The notes under the pieces: model-generated | Databases searched by the model: none | What the model saw: only the letters and a program-made list of their open reading frames with translations | What the model was told of the DNA's origin: nothing | Part shown: positions 1-12,665 of the stretch, piece by piece | How positions within the stretch are numbered: position 1 is the first letter of the stretch | Layout of the letters: the number at the start of each line of letters is the position of its first letter | Made by a program: the position numbers and the translations under genes | DNA from: Squalus acanthias | Lineage: Eukaryota | Direction of reading: 5' to 3' | NCBI GenBank assembly: GCA_030390025.1 | Contig: CM059431.1 | Coordinates: 108,440,001 to 108,504,000 of the forward strand | DNA: 64,000 bases

Positions 1-1440
1 CCTCCTCTTACTACCCATTTACTATTTATATGCCTATAGAAGACTTTTGGATTCCCTTTTATGTTAACTGCCAGTCTATTCTCATACTCTCTCTTTGCCC
101 CTCTTATTTCCTTTTTCACTTCCCCTCTGAACTTTCTATATTCAGTCTGATTCTCACTTGTATTCTCAACCTGACATCTGTTATACGCCCCATTTTCTGC
201 TTCACCTTACTCTCTATCTCTTTCATCATCCAGGGAGATCTGGCTTTAGTTGCCCTACCTCAACTATACCTGAACCAACTCCTCTTTAAAGGCATCCCAT
301 TGTTCGATTACAGTTTTGCCTGCCAATCTTTGATTCCAATTTGCCCGGGCCAGATCCATTCTCAACCCACTGAAATTGGCCTTCCTTCAATTAAGTATTT
401 TTACTCTAGATTACTCCTTGTCCTTTTCTATAGCTGATCTAAACCTTATGATACTGTGATCACTGTTCCCTAAATGTTTCCCGACTGACACTTGCTCTAC
501 TTGACCCACCTCATTCCCCAGAACCAGATCCAGCAACGCGTTCTCCTCATAGGGCCGGAAATGTACTGATCAAGATAGTTCTCCTGAACACACTTCAGGA
601 ATTCTTCCCCCTCTTTGCCCTTTACACTATTACTATCCCAGTCTATATTAGGATAGTTGAAGTCCCCCATTATCACTACTCTATAGTTCTTGCACCTCTC
701 TGTAATTTCCCTGAAAATTTGCTCCTCGACATCCTTCCCACTAGTTGGCAGCCTATAGAATACACCTAGTAGTGTAATGGCACCTCTATTGTTTCTCAAC
801 TCTAACCAAATAGATTCTGTCCTTGATCCCTCCAGGACATCCTCTCTCTCCAGCAGTGTAATATTCGCCTTAATAAATACTGCCAATCCACCTCCTTTCT
901 TTCCTTCCCTATCTTTCCTGAACACCTTATATCTAGGAATATTTAGTACCCAATCCTTCCCTTTTTTGAGCCAGGTCTCCGTTATCACCACGACATCATA
1001 TACCCATGTGTTTATTTGCGCCTGCAGCTCACCAACCTTATTTACCACACTTTGTTCATTCACACACATGCACTGTAAACCTATCTTAGGCCTTCTTGTA
1101 TTCTCTATTAGTCTGACCCCACCTAATACCGTATTATTTCTTACTCTAGTGCTATCTATCTCTCCAAATCCTTTGTGCACCTTGTTTCTCCTTTCTAACG
1201 CTACATTCTGGAGCCCATCCCACTGCCAAATTAGTTTAAACCCTCCCCAACAGCACGAGCATGAGGAAATTGGTCCCAGCTCTGTTGAGGTGCAACCCGT
1301 CCGGCCTGTAGAGGTCCCACCTCCCCCAGAACCGGTCCCAATGTCCCAGGAATCTAATGCCCTCCCTCCTGCACCATCTCTCCAGCCACGCATTCATCTG
1401 CTGTATCCTCCTATTTCTATACTCACTAGCTCGTGGCACC
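1..1440 (-). mobile_element. CR1-clade LINE fragment (ORF1 SGNH-esterase C-terminus plus ORF2 APE endonuclease), degenerate
   Basis: Minus-strand translation shows 'MNAWLERWCRREGIRFLGHWDRFWGRWDLYRPDGLHLNRAGT' (esterase-type ORF1). It is followed by 'YDVVVITETWL...YKVFRKDREGKKGGGLA...VFYRLP...VIMGDFNYPNIDW' (APE endonuclease). Frameshifts are present. Confidence 0.9.
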
Positions 1441-1635
1441 ATCTTTTGGTAAACATCTCGAAGACCATCACCAACAATTAATGACTTTGAAGTGCAATGA
1501 TTATTAAGGCAAAGCAAGGAGTTTCTCATAGTTGGATATATATATATGATATATATAAAACATAGTTCAGTTCACTATTACAGTACCTTGTGGAGAATCA
1601 GAAAGCATGATTAATGCACTGAAAAGCAGACACAG

Positions 1636-1950
1636 CAGCGATTTTAACCCTACTCGCTCAGCAGAAACCTGGCGGGCAGGCAGTTAAAATCGCCCTGGCT
1701 CTTACTTGTCCGAAAGCCGCCATGATTGCAACACCTGCAATTTTAATCTCCTCTCCTGAGCAGGCAGCAAGGACACGCGCCCGGAGCCGACAGGGTCCTT
1801 CTTTACACAGGCCTGTTGCGGTCGGATGACATCATCGAGACCCAACTGTAATTTTAACTCAGGCCCGAGCGGGGAATCCACCTGGAGTTAAGATCAGGGC
1901 CGGTTCAGCCCCACCAAAAGGCCACATACGCGCAACATGTCAGCAGCAAC
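1636..1950. mobile_element. Degenerate GC-rich MITE-like remnant
   Basis: Internal inverted repeat gcgattttaac...gttaaaatcgc. The terminus matches the reverse complement of 31363-31386 (gcgagttaggttaaaattgtcccc). Confidence 0.4.
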
Positions 1951-2860
1951 CGGCCCTTGCATTTTATTTTAAGATTTTGTCAAAAGAACTGTACATTAGA
2001 AATTCTCTCCTACACTTCAAACATGGAAACACATCATAAAATCAAGGAAATGGAGGAGCTGATCAACCTCGAATGCTTCATCCAGTCAAGCTTCCTTCAG
2101 AATGCTCTTGGTCACTGTTGTAATATCCCAAATGTTTGATTCCAGGCTAAACCTATTTCACTTGTGTATAGTGGAAAATTAAACTGCACAAAAAAATCAA
2201 CCATCTGAGGCAGACTCAAGCTAGAATGTTAATTGCTCAAATTTCTGAAAATTGTACAACTTCAGTTTACCAATTTTCATATTTTGAAATGCAACCTTAT
2301 TTTTCTTGAAGCCTTTGTATCTTTCCAGGAGAATCAGTTACCTTTACACATTCCCCTCTCCTATTTCCCTTCCCATTGGTCTTTACATCTTAGAGTGAGA
2401 CAGGTAGCCTGCTCCGAGATGCTTTTACCCAGCCACCAGGCAGTACATCAGCGTGACTTCATGGAGACCCTCCCTGTTCCCCAAGCCCCCCGCCCCCACC
2501 CCCCAACCTCAGCCCCGATCCCTTCCTGTTTCTCCTCTAAGATGCCCTGTCTTTGCTTGTTGCATTCCTGAGGGCAATGTAAGAGAAACTGGGAAGTGAA
2601 CCTTTGTGCTTCCATTCTGTGATGCTGCATATTGTTGCGCCAATCCACTCTAACACCAATATACACATAAAGCATTTATCTTTAAGACTTCACCCCTGTA
2701 AGAAATTATGTCTCCAAGTGTAATTGTGAACTCAACTCAATCCTCACAACCATTTTAAGCTCCTGAGAAATAAGATGCTAAGCAGCTCATTCAGACTTTT
2801 ACACTTTTTCCTCAAATAATATCCAATACCTTTTTTAAAATTCGCCTTTTTTTTCAGGGA

Positions 2861-3326
2861 AAGAAGAAAGATTTACATTTCTATAGCGCCTTTCACGACC
2901 ACCGGACATCTCAAAGCGCTTTACAGCCAATGAAGTACTTTTTGAAGTGTAGTCGCTGTTGTAATGTAGAAACATGGCAGCCAATTTGCGCACAGCAAGC
3001 TCCCACAAACAGCAATGTGATAATGACCAGGTAATTTGTTTTTATTATGTTGGTTGAGGGATAAATATTGGCCAGGACACCGAGGATAACTCCCCTGCTC
3101 TTCTTCGAAACAGTGTCATGGGATCTTTTACGTCCGCCTGAGAGAGCAGACGGGGCCTCGGTTTAATGTCTCATCCAAAAGACGGCACCTCCAACAGCGC
3201 AGCACTCCCTCAGTACTGCACTGGAGTGTCAGCCTAGCTTTATGTGCTCAAGTCCCTGGCGTGGGACTTGAACCCACAACCTTCTGACTCAGAGGTGAGT
3301 GTGCTACCAACTGAGCCATGTCTGAC
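2861..3326 (-). mobile_element. tRNA-derived Deu-domain SINE (SacSINE1-like)
   Basis: tRNA head (tggctcagttggtagc...ggttcaagtccc), Deu-like core (gatgagacattaaaccgaggcccc...aaagatccc...gtgtcctggccaa) and an L2-like tail. About 8 related copies occur in the window. Confidence 0.85.
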
Positions 3327-4316
3327 AGCATAAGGGAGATGTATGAAATAGCCTCACTTCTCCTGGTGCCTTTCCTGTCCTCATGGAGAGTAGTCACCTC
3401 TGTTTCAAAAGTATAATTGTTTTCCAAATACTCATCGTGCGTAGGAGCATGTTCATAAATCATGTTGGGAGTTGTCATACAGTAGGGAATTCTTGACTTT
3501 CCAGCACAATGTCAAGCAGGTGAACAAGCCTGGAGCATGGTTTGACAGAATAATCATATTGATCCCTGTACGCGGATGCCTCTGGCCAGATCCTTGGAAA
3601 TCAGTACTGTATCGATTCTAGCAGTGGAATAGAGGGAGTAGCTGCAACCCAAGTGGAATGAACAAAATATAGAGATCCATATCCCATCTGCAGTTGGAAG
3701 CTGGTGTAATTTCTGCAGTTCACTTTGATCAGTTCAACTTATCTTGCTGAACTTCATCAAGTCAATCTTTACTTGTTTTTTTATAGGTTCAGGTTACTAG
3801 TTCCATGCCCAACCTGAAGGACCAGAGGACTACTCTTCGCCTGGTCCCTATCATTTGACACATCCTCCTTGAGTGGTCCTGCCAGTAGAGGTAGCTTCCA
3901 ATGGATTACATAGGATTACATAGGATATACGGCACAGAAACAGGCCATTCGGCCCAACCAGTCCATGCCGGCGTTTATGCTCCACACGAGCCTCCTCCCG
4001 CCTTTCCTCATCTAAATCTATCAGCATAACCCTCTATTCCCTTCTCCCTCATATGCTTGTCTAGCCTCCCCTTAAATCCATCTATACTATTCGCCTCAAC
4101 CACTCCCTGTGGTAGCGAGTTCCACATTCTCACCACTCTCTGAATAAAGAAGTTTCTTCTGAATTCCCTATTAGATTTCTTGGTGACTATCTTATATTGA
4201 TGGCCTCTAGTTATGCTCTTCCCCACAAGTAGAAACACTCTCTCTGTATCCACTCTATCAAAACCTTTCATAATTTTAAAGACCTCTATTAGGTCACCCC
4301 TCAGCCTTCTTTTTTC

Positions 4317-4908
4317 GGCGAGACCATGCAGACACTGAGACAACGTATGAATGGACACCGCGCAACAATCGCCAGGCAGGATTGTTACCTCCCAGTCAGG
4401 GAACACTTCAGCAGTCAAGGACATTCAGCCTCGGATCTGCGGGTTAGCGTTCTCCAAGGTGGCCTTCAAGACACACGACAACTCAAACTCATCGAGCAGA
4501 AACTGATAGCCAAGTTCCGCACCCATGAGGACAGCCTCAACCGGGATCTTGGTTTCATGTCACGCTACAGGACGTAGAGTCATCCAGACTAGAGTCGTCG
4601 TTGTCTTGTTCACAGATGTGATTTCCAGTTTTTTTAAAAAGTAAAAAGCTTAACTGCAGACTGCAGCATTTGACACGTTGGACCCCCTGTGACCCCACCT
4701 CATTGTCTTAGCTGTATTCTGCTGTGTCTTTGATGTAATGCCTTCCTGACTGATTGTATCTCTGCAGACACATTGTTCTCTGTCTATATATGCTTTGTAT
4801 CTAATTTGTATTCCCTCATGTTACCTGACGAAGGAGCAGCGCTCCGAAAGCTCGTAATTTCAAATAAAACTGTTGGACTATAACCTGGTGTTGTGCGACT
4901 TCTCATTT
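4317..4908 (+). mobile_element. 5'-truncated Penelope-like element, family B (GIY-YIG C-terminus plus terminal region)
   Basis: Translation '(G)ETMQTLRQRMNGHR...VREHFSSQGHS...EQKLIAKFRTHEDSLNRD'. 10-bp TSD ttcttttttc at 4307-4316 and 4909-4918. Confidence 0.88.
4821..4857 (+). ncRNA. Minimal hammerhead ribozyme motif (PLE family B)
   Basis: TTAC-CTGACGA-A-GGAGC-agc-GCTCC-GAAA-GCT-C-GTAA: CUGAnGA and GAAA core, stem II, palindromic stem III (AGCT), stem I TTAC/GTAA. Confidence 0.75.
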
Positions 4909-6312
4909 TTCTTTTTTCAAGACAAAAGAGACCCAGCCTGCTCATCCTTTCCTGATCTGTATACCCTTGCATTTCTGGTATCATCCTTGTAAATCTTCTC
5001 TGCACCCTCTCCACTGCCTCTATATCCTTTTTATAATATGGCGACCAGAACTTTACGCAGTACTCTAAGTGTGGTCTAACCAAGGTTTGATACAGGTTTA
5101 GCATAACTTCACTACTTATCAATTCTATCCCACTAGAAATAAACCCTAGTGCTTGGTTTGCTTTTTTTATGGCCTTGCTAACCTGTGTCGCAACATTTAG
5201 TGATTTGTGTATTTGTACTCCGAGATCCCTTTGTTCCTCTACCCCACCTAGACTAGCAACCCCAAGTGATAAGTGACCTCCCTATTCTTCCTACCAAAAT
5301 GTAATACCTTATATTTATTTGTGTTGAACTTCATTTGCCAATTATATGCCCATTCTGCAAGTTTATTAATGTCCTCCTGTAATTTGTTGCAGTCCTCCTC
5401 AGTATTGACTATCCCCCTCAATTTGGTGTCATCCGCAAATTTAGAAATTGTGTTTTTGATTCCAAAGTCTAAATCGTTAATGTAAATTATGGACAACAGT
5501 GGTCCCAGCACTGATCCTTGCGGAACACCACTACCCACCTTCTGCCACTATGAATAGCTACCCTTTACTCCTACTCTCTGCTTTCTGTCCTGAAGCCAGC
5601 CAACAATCCATTCTGCTACTTGTCCCCTGACTCTGCTTTCTCTGACCTTGTTCATCAGTCTATTATGGGGTACCTTATCGAAGGCCTTTTGAAAATCCAG
5701 ATAAATTACATCTACAGCATTACCATTGTCTACTCTCTCTGTTACCTCTTCAAAATGTTCAATAAGGTTGTTCAAGCAAGACATGCCCTTTTGAGATCTA
5801 TGCTGACTATTCAGTATGGCACAGTGTTTGTGATTGCAGGAACAAGCTAACCTCTTCACCTTGCCAAGGTGACAGTCCTGTGAAGAAGTTCAAGCCACTA
5901 CTGCTTGACCAGACCAGGATTCGAAACGATTTGCTGTTAAAATGTGTAAGTATTCTCACTTCACAAAATCTATAACTGCACGTACGTAAACAAATGTTCA
6001 GGTACGCTCCTTGCACTCTTGACAAAACGTCCAAGAGTTTAAAACAAAATGTCAGGGTGTCAATCCGAAATATGTGTAACAAAGCTTTTTCAACCAAAAT
6101 AATACACAAGCAAATGGTCAATTTGTTAAATTTGGTTAATGTTGGAGGAATGTATGGTTTTGCAACACAAGGATAGATAAAGGCAGCCAGAACATTCGCC
6201 TGTCTTAGCATTTAGAAAACATCTAGCACTGCAGCACCACTCACTGGATAGGCTCGCTTACTGCTGCCTATAGGCCAACATTTACTGCTCTCTAAAATAG
6301 TTGATGGAGATA

Positions 6313-6953
6313 AATAAGCCACATAAATACTGTGGCAACAAGAGCAGGTCAGGGGCTAGGTATTCTGCGGCGAGTGTCTCACCTCCTGACTCCCCAAAGC
6401 CTTTCCACCATCTACAAGGCACAAGTAAGGAGTGTGATGGAATACTCTCCACTTGCCTGGATGAGTGCAGCTCCAACAACACTCAAGAAGCTCGACACCA
6501 TCCAGGACAAAGCAGCCCGCTTGATTGGCACGCCATCCACCACCTTAAACATTCACTCTCTCCACCACCAGCGTACCGTGGCTGCAGTGCATACCATCTA
6601 CAAGATGCACTGCAGCAACTCGCCATGGCTTCTTCAGCAGCAGCTCCCAAACCCTCGACCTCTTCCACCTAGAAGGACAAGGGCAGCAGGCGCATGGGAA
6701 CACCACCACCTCCAAGTTCCCCATCAAGTCACACACCATCCTGACTTAGAAGTATATCGCCGATCCTTCATCGTCGCTGGGTCAAAATCCTGGAACTCCC
6801 TCCCTAACAGCACTGTGGGAGTACCATCACCACACGGACTGCAGCGGTTCAAGAAGGCGGCTCACCACCACCTTGTCAAGGGCAACTAGGGATGGGCAAT
6901 AAATGCTGGTCTTGCCAGCGATGCCCTGATCCTATAAAATGAATTTAAAAAAA
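6313..6953 (+). mobile_element. LINE 3' end (CR1/L2-superclade, second family)
   Basis: Motifs 'YKAQVRSVMEYSPLAW...KKLDTIQDKAARLI' and 'SWNSLP'. The tail gggcaataaatgctgg is shared with the element at 61305-64000. Confidence 0.85.
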
Positions 6954-7218
6954 GATGAGTTTAAGGGGTGATACAATTGGTGGAAATATTAAAGGGATTT
7001 GACAAGGTGGATAGGGAACAACTCTTCCTTCTCATCAGGGAATCCAAAACAAGGGAACATAATCTTAGTATTTAAGAAAATTAAAAGCACATCCAGAAAG
7101 AATTTGAGAAAACGAACTAAACTACCCAGAAAGCTGAAGAGTCAAAGTTAATTGGAGTCTTTAAAAAGGAGATAGATACTTTTTTGGGAAGTGTGGCTAT
7201 TAAGGGATATGGAGAAAA

Positions 7219-8927
7219 GGCAGAGAATTTGCTGATCTCGGCTGGTCCGTGACGGGCCTCGGTCCCCGCTGCTGGCTCCATCCCGGCCTCCAAAATTACT
7301 TTCCGTTGATGGGGCTTGTTAAGCTCGCCCAGCGCGTTTGCCGGCCAATTGAAGGAAGCGGGTCTGATGACGTCATTTGATGACGCGTCATCAGCCAGCT
7401 TCCTTAAAGGGACCATGTCCAAATTCATTTTGACATTTGTGCTGTCAGTGTTCTACAGCATTGAAGTGCTGCAAACACTGACAATCACTGTACAGAGGTG
7501 CAGGGCTGCACCCAGGTTCTCCGATGACTTCGTCCATATGCTTATGTAGGGAGTCACAGCACGCAGGGAGGTTTGCGCTCCGATGGGCGGAAGAGAACTC
7601 CCCAGGAGACCAAGACAGCTTGGTTGCACATTGCACAGGAGGACACAAGCAGGGATGTCATCAGGAGGACCAGAGTGCAGTGGCGCAAACCTTTCAATGA
7701 TCTCAGTGGAACACAAAACATTACTGCAAAGCCACACTCAACCTCATTCTGCTGTGCCACTCATCACATCCCCATCACTCTACCTTCCCTACCCTACTCC
7801 TGCACAACCTTACTCACACCAACTTACCTTGCACCTCCTTTCTATCTACATTATCACTTCCCCACCTCACTAGCCACCCCTCACACTCACTCTCATCCTA
7901 GTGCAATCAAACCAACTAACAACACACAAGGGTATGCACTTCGGTGTTTTATGTAATGTTCATGTAAAGTTTCTGTTAATGTGGTGTCAAACATTGAAAT
8001 CTTTATTTACAACACTTTGTGTTTTTGGACAGATTTGTGTTCACCTTTGGAAGTGGCTTCGTGAGTTGCAGTGAATGGTGAGACATAACAGTGCCCCCTG
8101 CAATGCTGATGAGTGTGAAAGGAATGACTTGGGCATTGTAGGGGTGATTTATGTTGTTGGTGTGAGGTGGTGCCAACCTGGTGCATCATGTAGCAGCCAG
8201 GGTGGACAGCATCAAGTGAAGTAAATCTGGCCATGGTGAGACCATCCCTGGCCTCCTGGGCAGCAATGTGCTCGGGTGCTGATGCCCTGTGTCCTGTGCA
8301 GCATCAGGTGATTGCGGAGAAGGTTGGTGTTGTTGTTGGTGCTGCTGGTGTTGGGGCTGATCGTGGTGGGATTCTGAGGACCAAGGTGAGAAATGTTCAA
8401 GGGCACTGATGCTGATGGAATAGATGGCAGGTGAAGTAGAGATGACAGAAGCGATCTGTCAATGGTGGGAGAGGTAATAAGATCAGATTGGATGGAGACT
8501 TGTGTAAAGACTTGCAGCTTCCTGAATCTGTAGTGGAAATGCAGTTTAGAGAAGCTAGTGGTTAAGGGAACATATTTCAATCATTTGGGAGCTTTGACTT
8601 GACATTTAAAGCTGTCAACTGATCAGCTGAATCAATGGCCACTGACCTCCCACCTCAGCTTCACAGACGAGGTCTAGGCACAGTGGGAAACCGGTGGGCG
8701 ACCTGTCAAAATCAAAAAGCTGGGGAAAAGCCAGTGATAAGTGGCTATAAACAAGCCACTAATGATTTTAATTGCCTCCCCCGCCACTGCCTGTCGGGTC
8801 TGCTCAGTGCTGGCAGACCTGACATCAGGAAAGTCCAGTGTGCGCGTCAACCCGCTGTCAATCATTTAAAATTTAACTGCTGACCCGCCACGCATCCCGT
8901 CCGATAAGCGCCGGCAAAATTCCGGCC
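7219..8927. mobile_element. Non-autonomous PIF/Harbinger deletion derivative inserted in an old CR1 3' end
   Basis: Imperfect TIRs (ggcagagaatttgc / gcaaaattccggcc) with AAA on both flanks. Retains Myb/SANT exon 1 ('RAAPRFSDD') and transposase ends. Collinear with 43950-45670. Confidence 0.8.
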
Positions 8928-9054
8928 AAAGTTGCCATTTCAACAAGTTGTTGGATCAGATCAATGCCCAATTGTCCAATTCCCGTTTCTATATTCCTAT
9001 GATCCTGCCCTAATGGTCAGATTCACAAAAGTTTCAAGCGTGTGAATTTAAACA

Positions 9055-9182
9055 AAAATTGAAATATTGGAGATGATGGAAGTCTGAAACAAAAACAAGA
9101 AATGTTGGAGCAGGTCAGGCAACATCCATTGAAGAAACACAAATCAGTTGATGTTTCAGATCTAAACCCTTCCTCAGATCCT
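9055..9182 (-). mobile_element. Degenerate PLE family A terminal fragment
   Basis: Similar to 41916-42040 and 57123-57230. Carries a decayed CTGAGGA...GAAA motif on the minus strand. Confidence 0.6.
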
Positions 9183-9544
9183 AAACTTAAATCAGTTTTT
9201 TTTACAAATGTAAAGTGCACACTTTGAATTGCACTATTTTCATAAGGTGAAAGCTAGCCTTCATTTGCAATGGAGATTGTCACAAAGTTGGTCTCAGAGG
9301 TGTAGGAAGCAACTGTCTCACTCTTTTACAACTGATGTGATCCTGAATCTTACTTTTGAAACTGTTCATCTTGGCCTTGTGTCCTGACTCTGGCAACTTG
9401 CTTTTTTCGGTTATGAAACACACACAGCATTAAACAAATAAGATATGTTATTGACATTTGATAGGTTTAAGACTGATAGCTATCAAAATTAATCAATTTA
9501 TCTGAGAGACAATATAACTATTGTAAAAAGAAATCGATGTAAGA

Positions 9545-10910
9545 TGTAGAATTCGCAATATATCGCGATTTTATAAATAAGGAGAAAAACACATAGTTTC
9601 GTTCAAACAGCTTTATTTCAGCAGAATGCTGTCAGGTTTTCAAAGTGGACACAAGCAGCCTGTAAAATGGCCGCCGAGCATCGTGGCAGAAGCTTCCAGA
9701 ATACAGTGGGCAGACAAGATGGCGTTCGAATAAACATTTCAGTATCAGATTGGTTAATACGCAGCAAACACTGATAAAGACAGGATGCAACCTGTCTGCA
9801 TTCGACACAATAGCAAAGATATAAGTGCTGGAATCATTTTCCATGCACAAGTAAGGACCATTGTAATGGGCAATCAAAGGCCCATCCAGACACAGCAATA
9901 CACATATCAGTATTCGAGAAGGCCCCAAACCCAGTCAGGGAGACTCCTAGCCGGCTCGACAATGGGGAAAACATTAACGGCTACTTGGCCAGTTTAACGT
10001 GCTACCGAAACCCATTAAAGGAAAGAATCGACCCATGCTGGGAGTTTTGTGCACCAGCATTTCACAAAGGACAAACATTAAGATTTGAGCGGGAGATAAG
10101 GGAACACAGCACTATAACTATAGTGAACAAATGTCCATCAAGGGCTTATTCTCTGGATTCGACTCATATCTCTGCTGACTCTTGACTCGGGCTGGACTCT
10201 TGACTGATTGATCTCGCTGATGACTGCTGAACTTTTATTCTCCTATTCTGATCCTCGGGTATCGCTCTGCTGGACGAGCAGCCTTCTGTTTTTCTCTGGA
10301 CTCTGTTGACTACGAGACGAGACGAGAAGAAGAGGAGAAGAATCCACGTAACGCCACGGTCAGTAAACCCCGACCGCGCCCGAAAATACAAGAAAGAACT
10401 GCAGCGAAACGAGCCGAGTGCCTTACTTTAAAATTCTCCGAGTTATCACGAGTGGTGAGCATGAGTCTCGATCCTACCAGTCTAGTTTAGAATAGGTATT
10501 GATAGGGGAGGGTTTAAGTTTTAAGGATAACTGTAATGTGTGCCCCCATTTATGATGTGTCGTTCGTTCCTCGTTTCCCTGAAATTAGTTACATAACTGC
10601 ATGTAAGATTGTACTGTCATTAATCTGTGCTTATGACATGTATTTCGTAATCTTGAATAATATGCAATAAAGATTTTCCATTTCGTACCATTCAACCGAG
10701 TCTACATGAGTTTCATCTCCATTACTGCTCTCGCATCTAAGTCCAGTGTCTAGAACCGTAAGGGCGAGTGATTCGAACCACTCACAGGTGTGTCTAGTGT
10801 TCCCAGACTGGCTGGAGACCAGAACAGGCAACAAGGCCTAAACCCGCACTGACATACAGGCTGCACAGAGCCACACGAATCTCACAGGCTGAGAGACAAA
10901 AACCCTTACA
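9545..10910 (+). mobile_element. Solo LTR, family 1 (1366 bp)
   Basis: Starts TGTAGAATTCGC and ends CCCTTACA. 4-bp TSD AAGA at 9541-9544 and 10911-10914. AATAAA at 10666-10671. An inverted homologue lies at 54720-56320. Confidence 0.88.
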
Positions 10911-11144
10911 AAGACAGCAAGTTAAATCTGAGCTATTATTTCTTTGACATGCCTGCTTAGTGATTTTAATTAACCATCCCATGTCCGGTAAAGTTAACAC
11001 AGTGAAAAGGGGTAATCCAGTTTTCTCAAATAACCATGGAAGAAACATCCATTTGGAGGTAGTGTTGAGTTTTCCAAAGCAGAAGTTAGTTAAAGTTAAA
11101 ATTAAGGTGAAGTAAGTGATTAAAGTAAAGCTGCTCTTACAGTT

Positions 11145-11560
11145 TAATGGGTGAATACACCAACCAGTATAGCACTGAATTATACAAACAGGAATGCTTT
11201 CGGTTTGATCCCCAATCTATACTGATTTCGATGATCTCAGCTAAGATGGCTTTAAGGGTGCTACAGTTTGCCTAAATGTCCTGGCTACGAGGGACAGTCA
11301 GCCAGGGCTCCAGTGCCTCACATACATCTGGTGACCCCTGCTGGAAGGTGAGAGTGTGTGTGTGTGTGGCGCATATTTTGTGCGAGCATGTACACATGTC
11401 AAGTTAGCACAGGAATATGCCTCTCGCAGTCAAACAGCCACCGACGAGGCTCGCAGTTGAACAATGGCCACCCGGAGGAGTTTCCGGAGGGCTAGTGACA
11501 CCTGCGAAACCACACTCAAAGCAAATATCAGCACCTTCAAGAAAGTAACGGGAGAAAAGG
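11145..11560 (+). mobile_element. Probable old tRNA-derived SINE
   Basis: B-box-like ggtttgatcccc near the 5' end, SINE-like length, purine-rich 3' end. Heavily decayed. Confidence 0.4.
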
Positions 11561-12004
11561 AAAGAAAGCTGAAAAACATAAACTTTTAATTGTAATTTTA
11601 AGATTTATAGGATAAGGTGACAATGCTCTGCACTTCATTAATGTTGAATGCAATGCAGACAAAAATAAGACGATTGCTAAATACGTTACCTGAGATTTAT
11701 GGACACTATGGATGGAATGCTGGTGCTGTTAAGTGATGACATGTTTCGTGTAATAAATAATGTTAACAAATGTGAGGACTCTGTCCATAAGAAACTCCGA
11801 TCTATAGGCATTTTTACATTTAAGTTGGGGTCCTGACAGATCATCACTCAAATGGAGACTCACAACCTTAATGCATCATACCACTCCATTTATGGGTTTT
11901 TTCCTGTAATATTCCAAATTAATATCTTTTGAAGGTTTTTATTTTTAACATGGGCCTCTGCTTTGAGTATTTGTGATCTTTTAATGTGGACATGTTCGAA
12001 CAGG

Positions 12005-12665
12005 AGGGCTGACATCACAGGGGAGGCGGGGCTGACATCACAGGGCAGGCGGGGCTGACATCACAGAGGAGGCAGAGCTGACATCACAGGAGAGGCAGGA
12101 CTGACATCACAGGGGAGGCGGGGCTGACATCACAGAGGAGGCAGGGCTGACATCACAGGGGAGGCAGGGTTGACATCACAGGGGAGGCAGGGTTGACATC
12201 ACAGAGGAGGCAGGGCTGACATCACGGGGAGGCAGGGTTGACATCACAGGGGAGGCAAGGCTGACATCACAGGGGAGGCAGAGCTGACATCACAGGGGAG
12301 GCGGGGCTGACATCACAGAAGAGGCAGAGCTGACATCACAGGAGAGGCAGCGCTGACATCACAGTGGAGGCAGAGCTGACATCACAGGAGAGGCAGGGCT
12401 GACATCACAGAGGAGGCGGGACTGACATCACAGGGGAGGCGGGACTGACATCACAGGGGAGGCGGAGCTGACATCACAGGGGAGGCGGGGCTGACATCAC
12501 AGGGGAGACAGGGCTGACATCACAGGGGAGGCGGGGCTGACATCACAGGGGAGGCGGGGCTGACATCACAGGGGAGACAGGGCTGACATCACAGGGGAGG
12601 CGGGGCTGACATCACAGGGGAGGCAAGGCTGACATCACGGGGAGGCGCGGCTGAAATCACGGGAG
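12005..12665. repeat. 23-bp minisatellite, 29 units (consensus CTGACATCACAGGGGAGGCRGGG)
   Basis: Units counted directly, starting at 12009, 12032 ... 12651. There are no unique spacers. Confidence 0.97.

Larger units (their letters stand above)
3903..5812 (-). mobile_element. CR1 LINE 3' portion (RT domain to tail), interrupted by a PLE
   Basis: Motifs 'VDVIYLDFQKAFDKVPH', 'GVPQGSVLGPLL', 'SKFADDTKL', 'LYQTLVRPHLEYC' and 'NFFIQRVVRMWNSLP'. Tandem tail (ggattacata)n at 3903-3925. Confidence 0.92.

Noticed and set aside
3248..3326. tRNA genes at SINE heads
   Set aside because: The A/B boxes belong to SINEs; no complete cloverleaf.
9626..10185. Protein-coding ORFs in LTR family 1
   Set aside because: The short frames I compared are not preserved between the two copies.
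12005..12665. CRISPR-like array
   Set aside because: Head-to-tail 23-mers without unique spacers, no cas genes, and a eukaryotic context.
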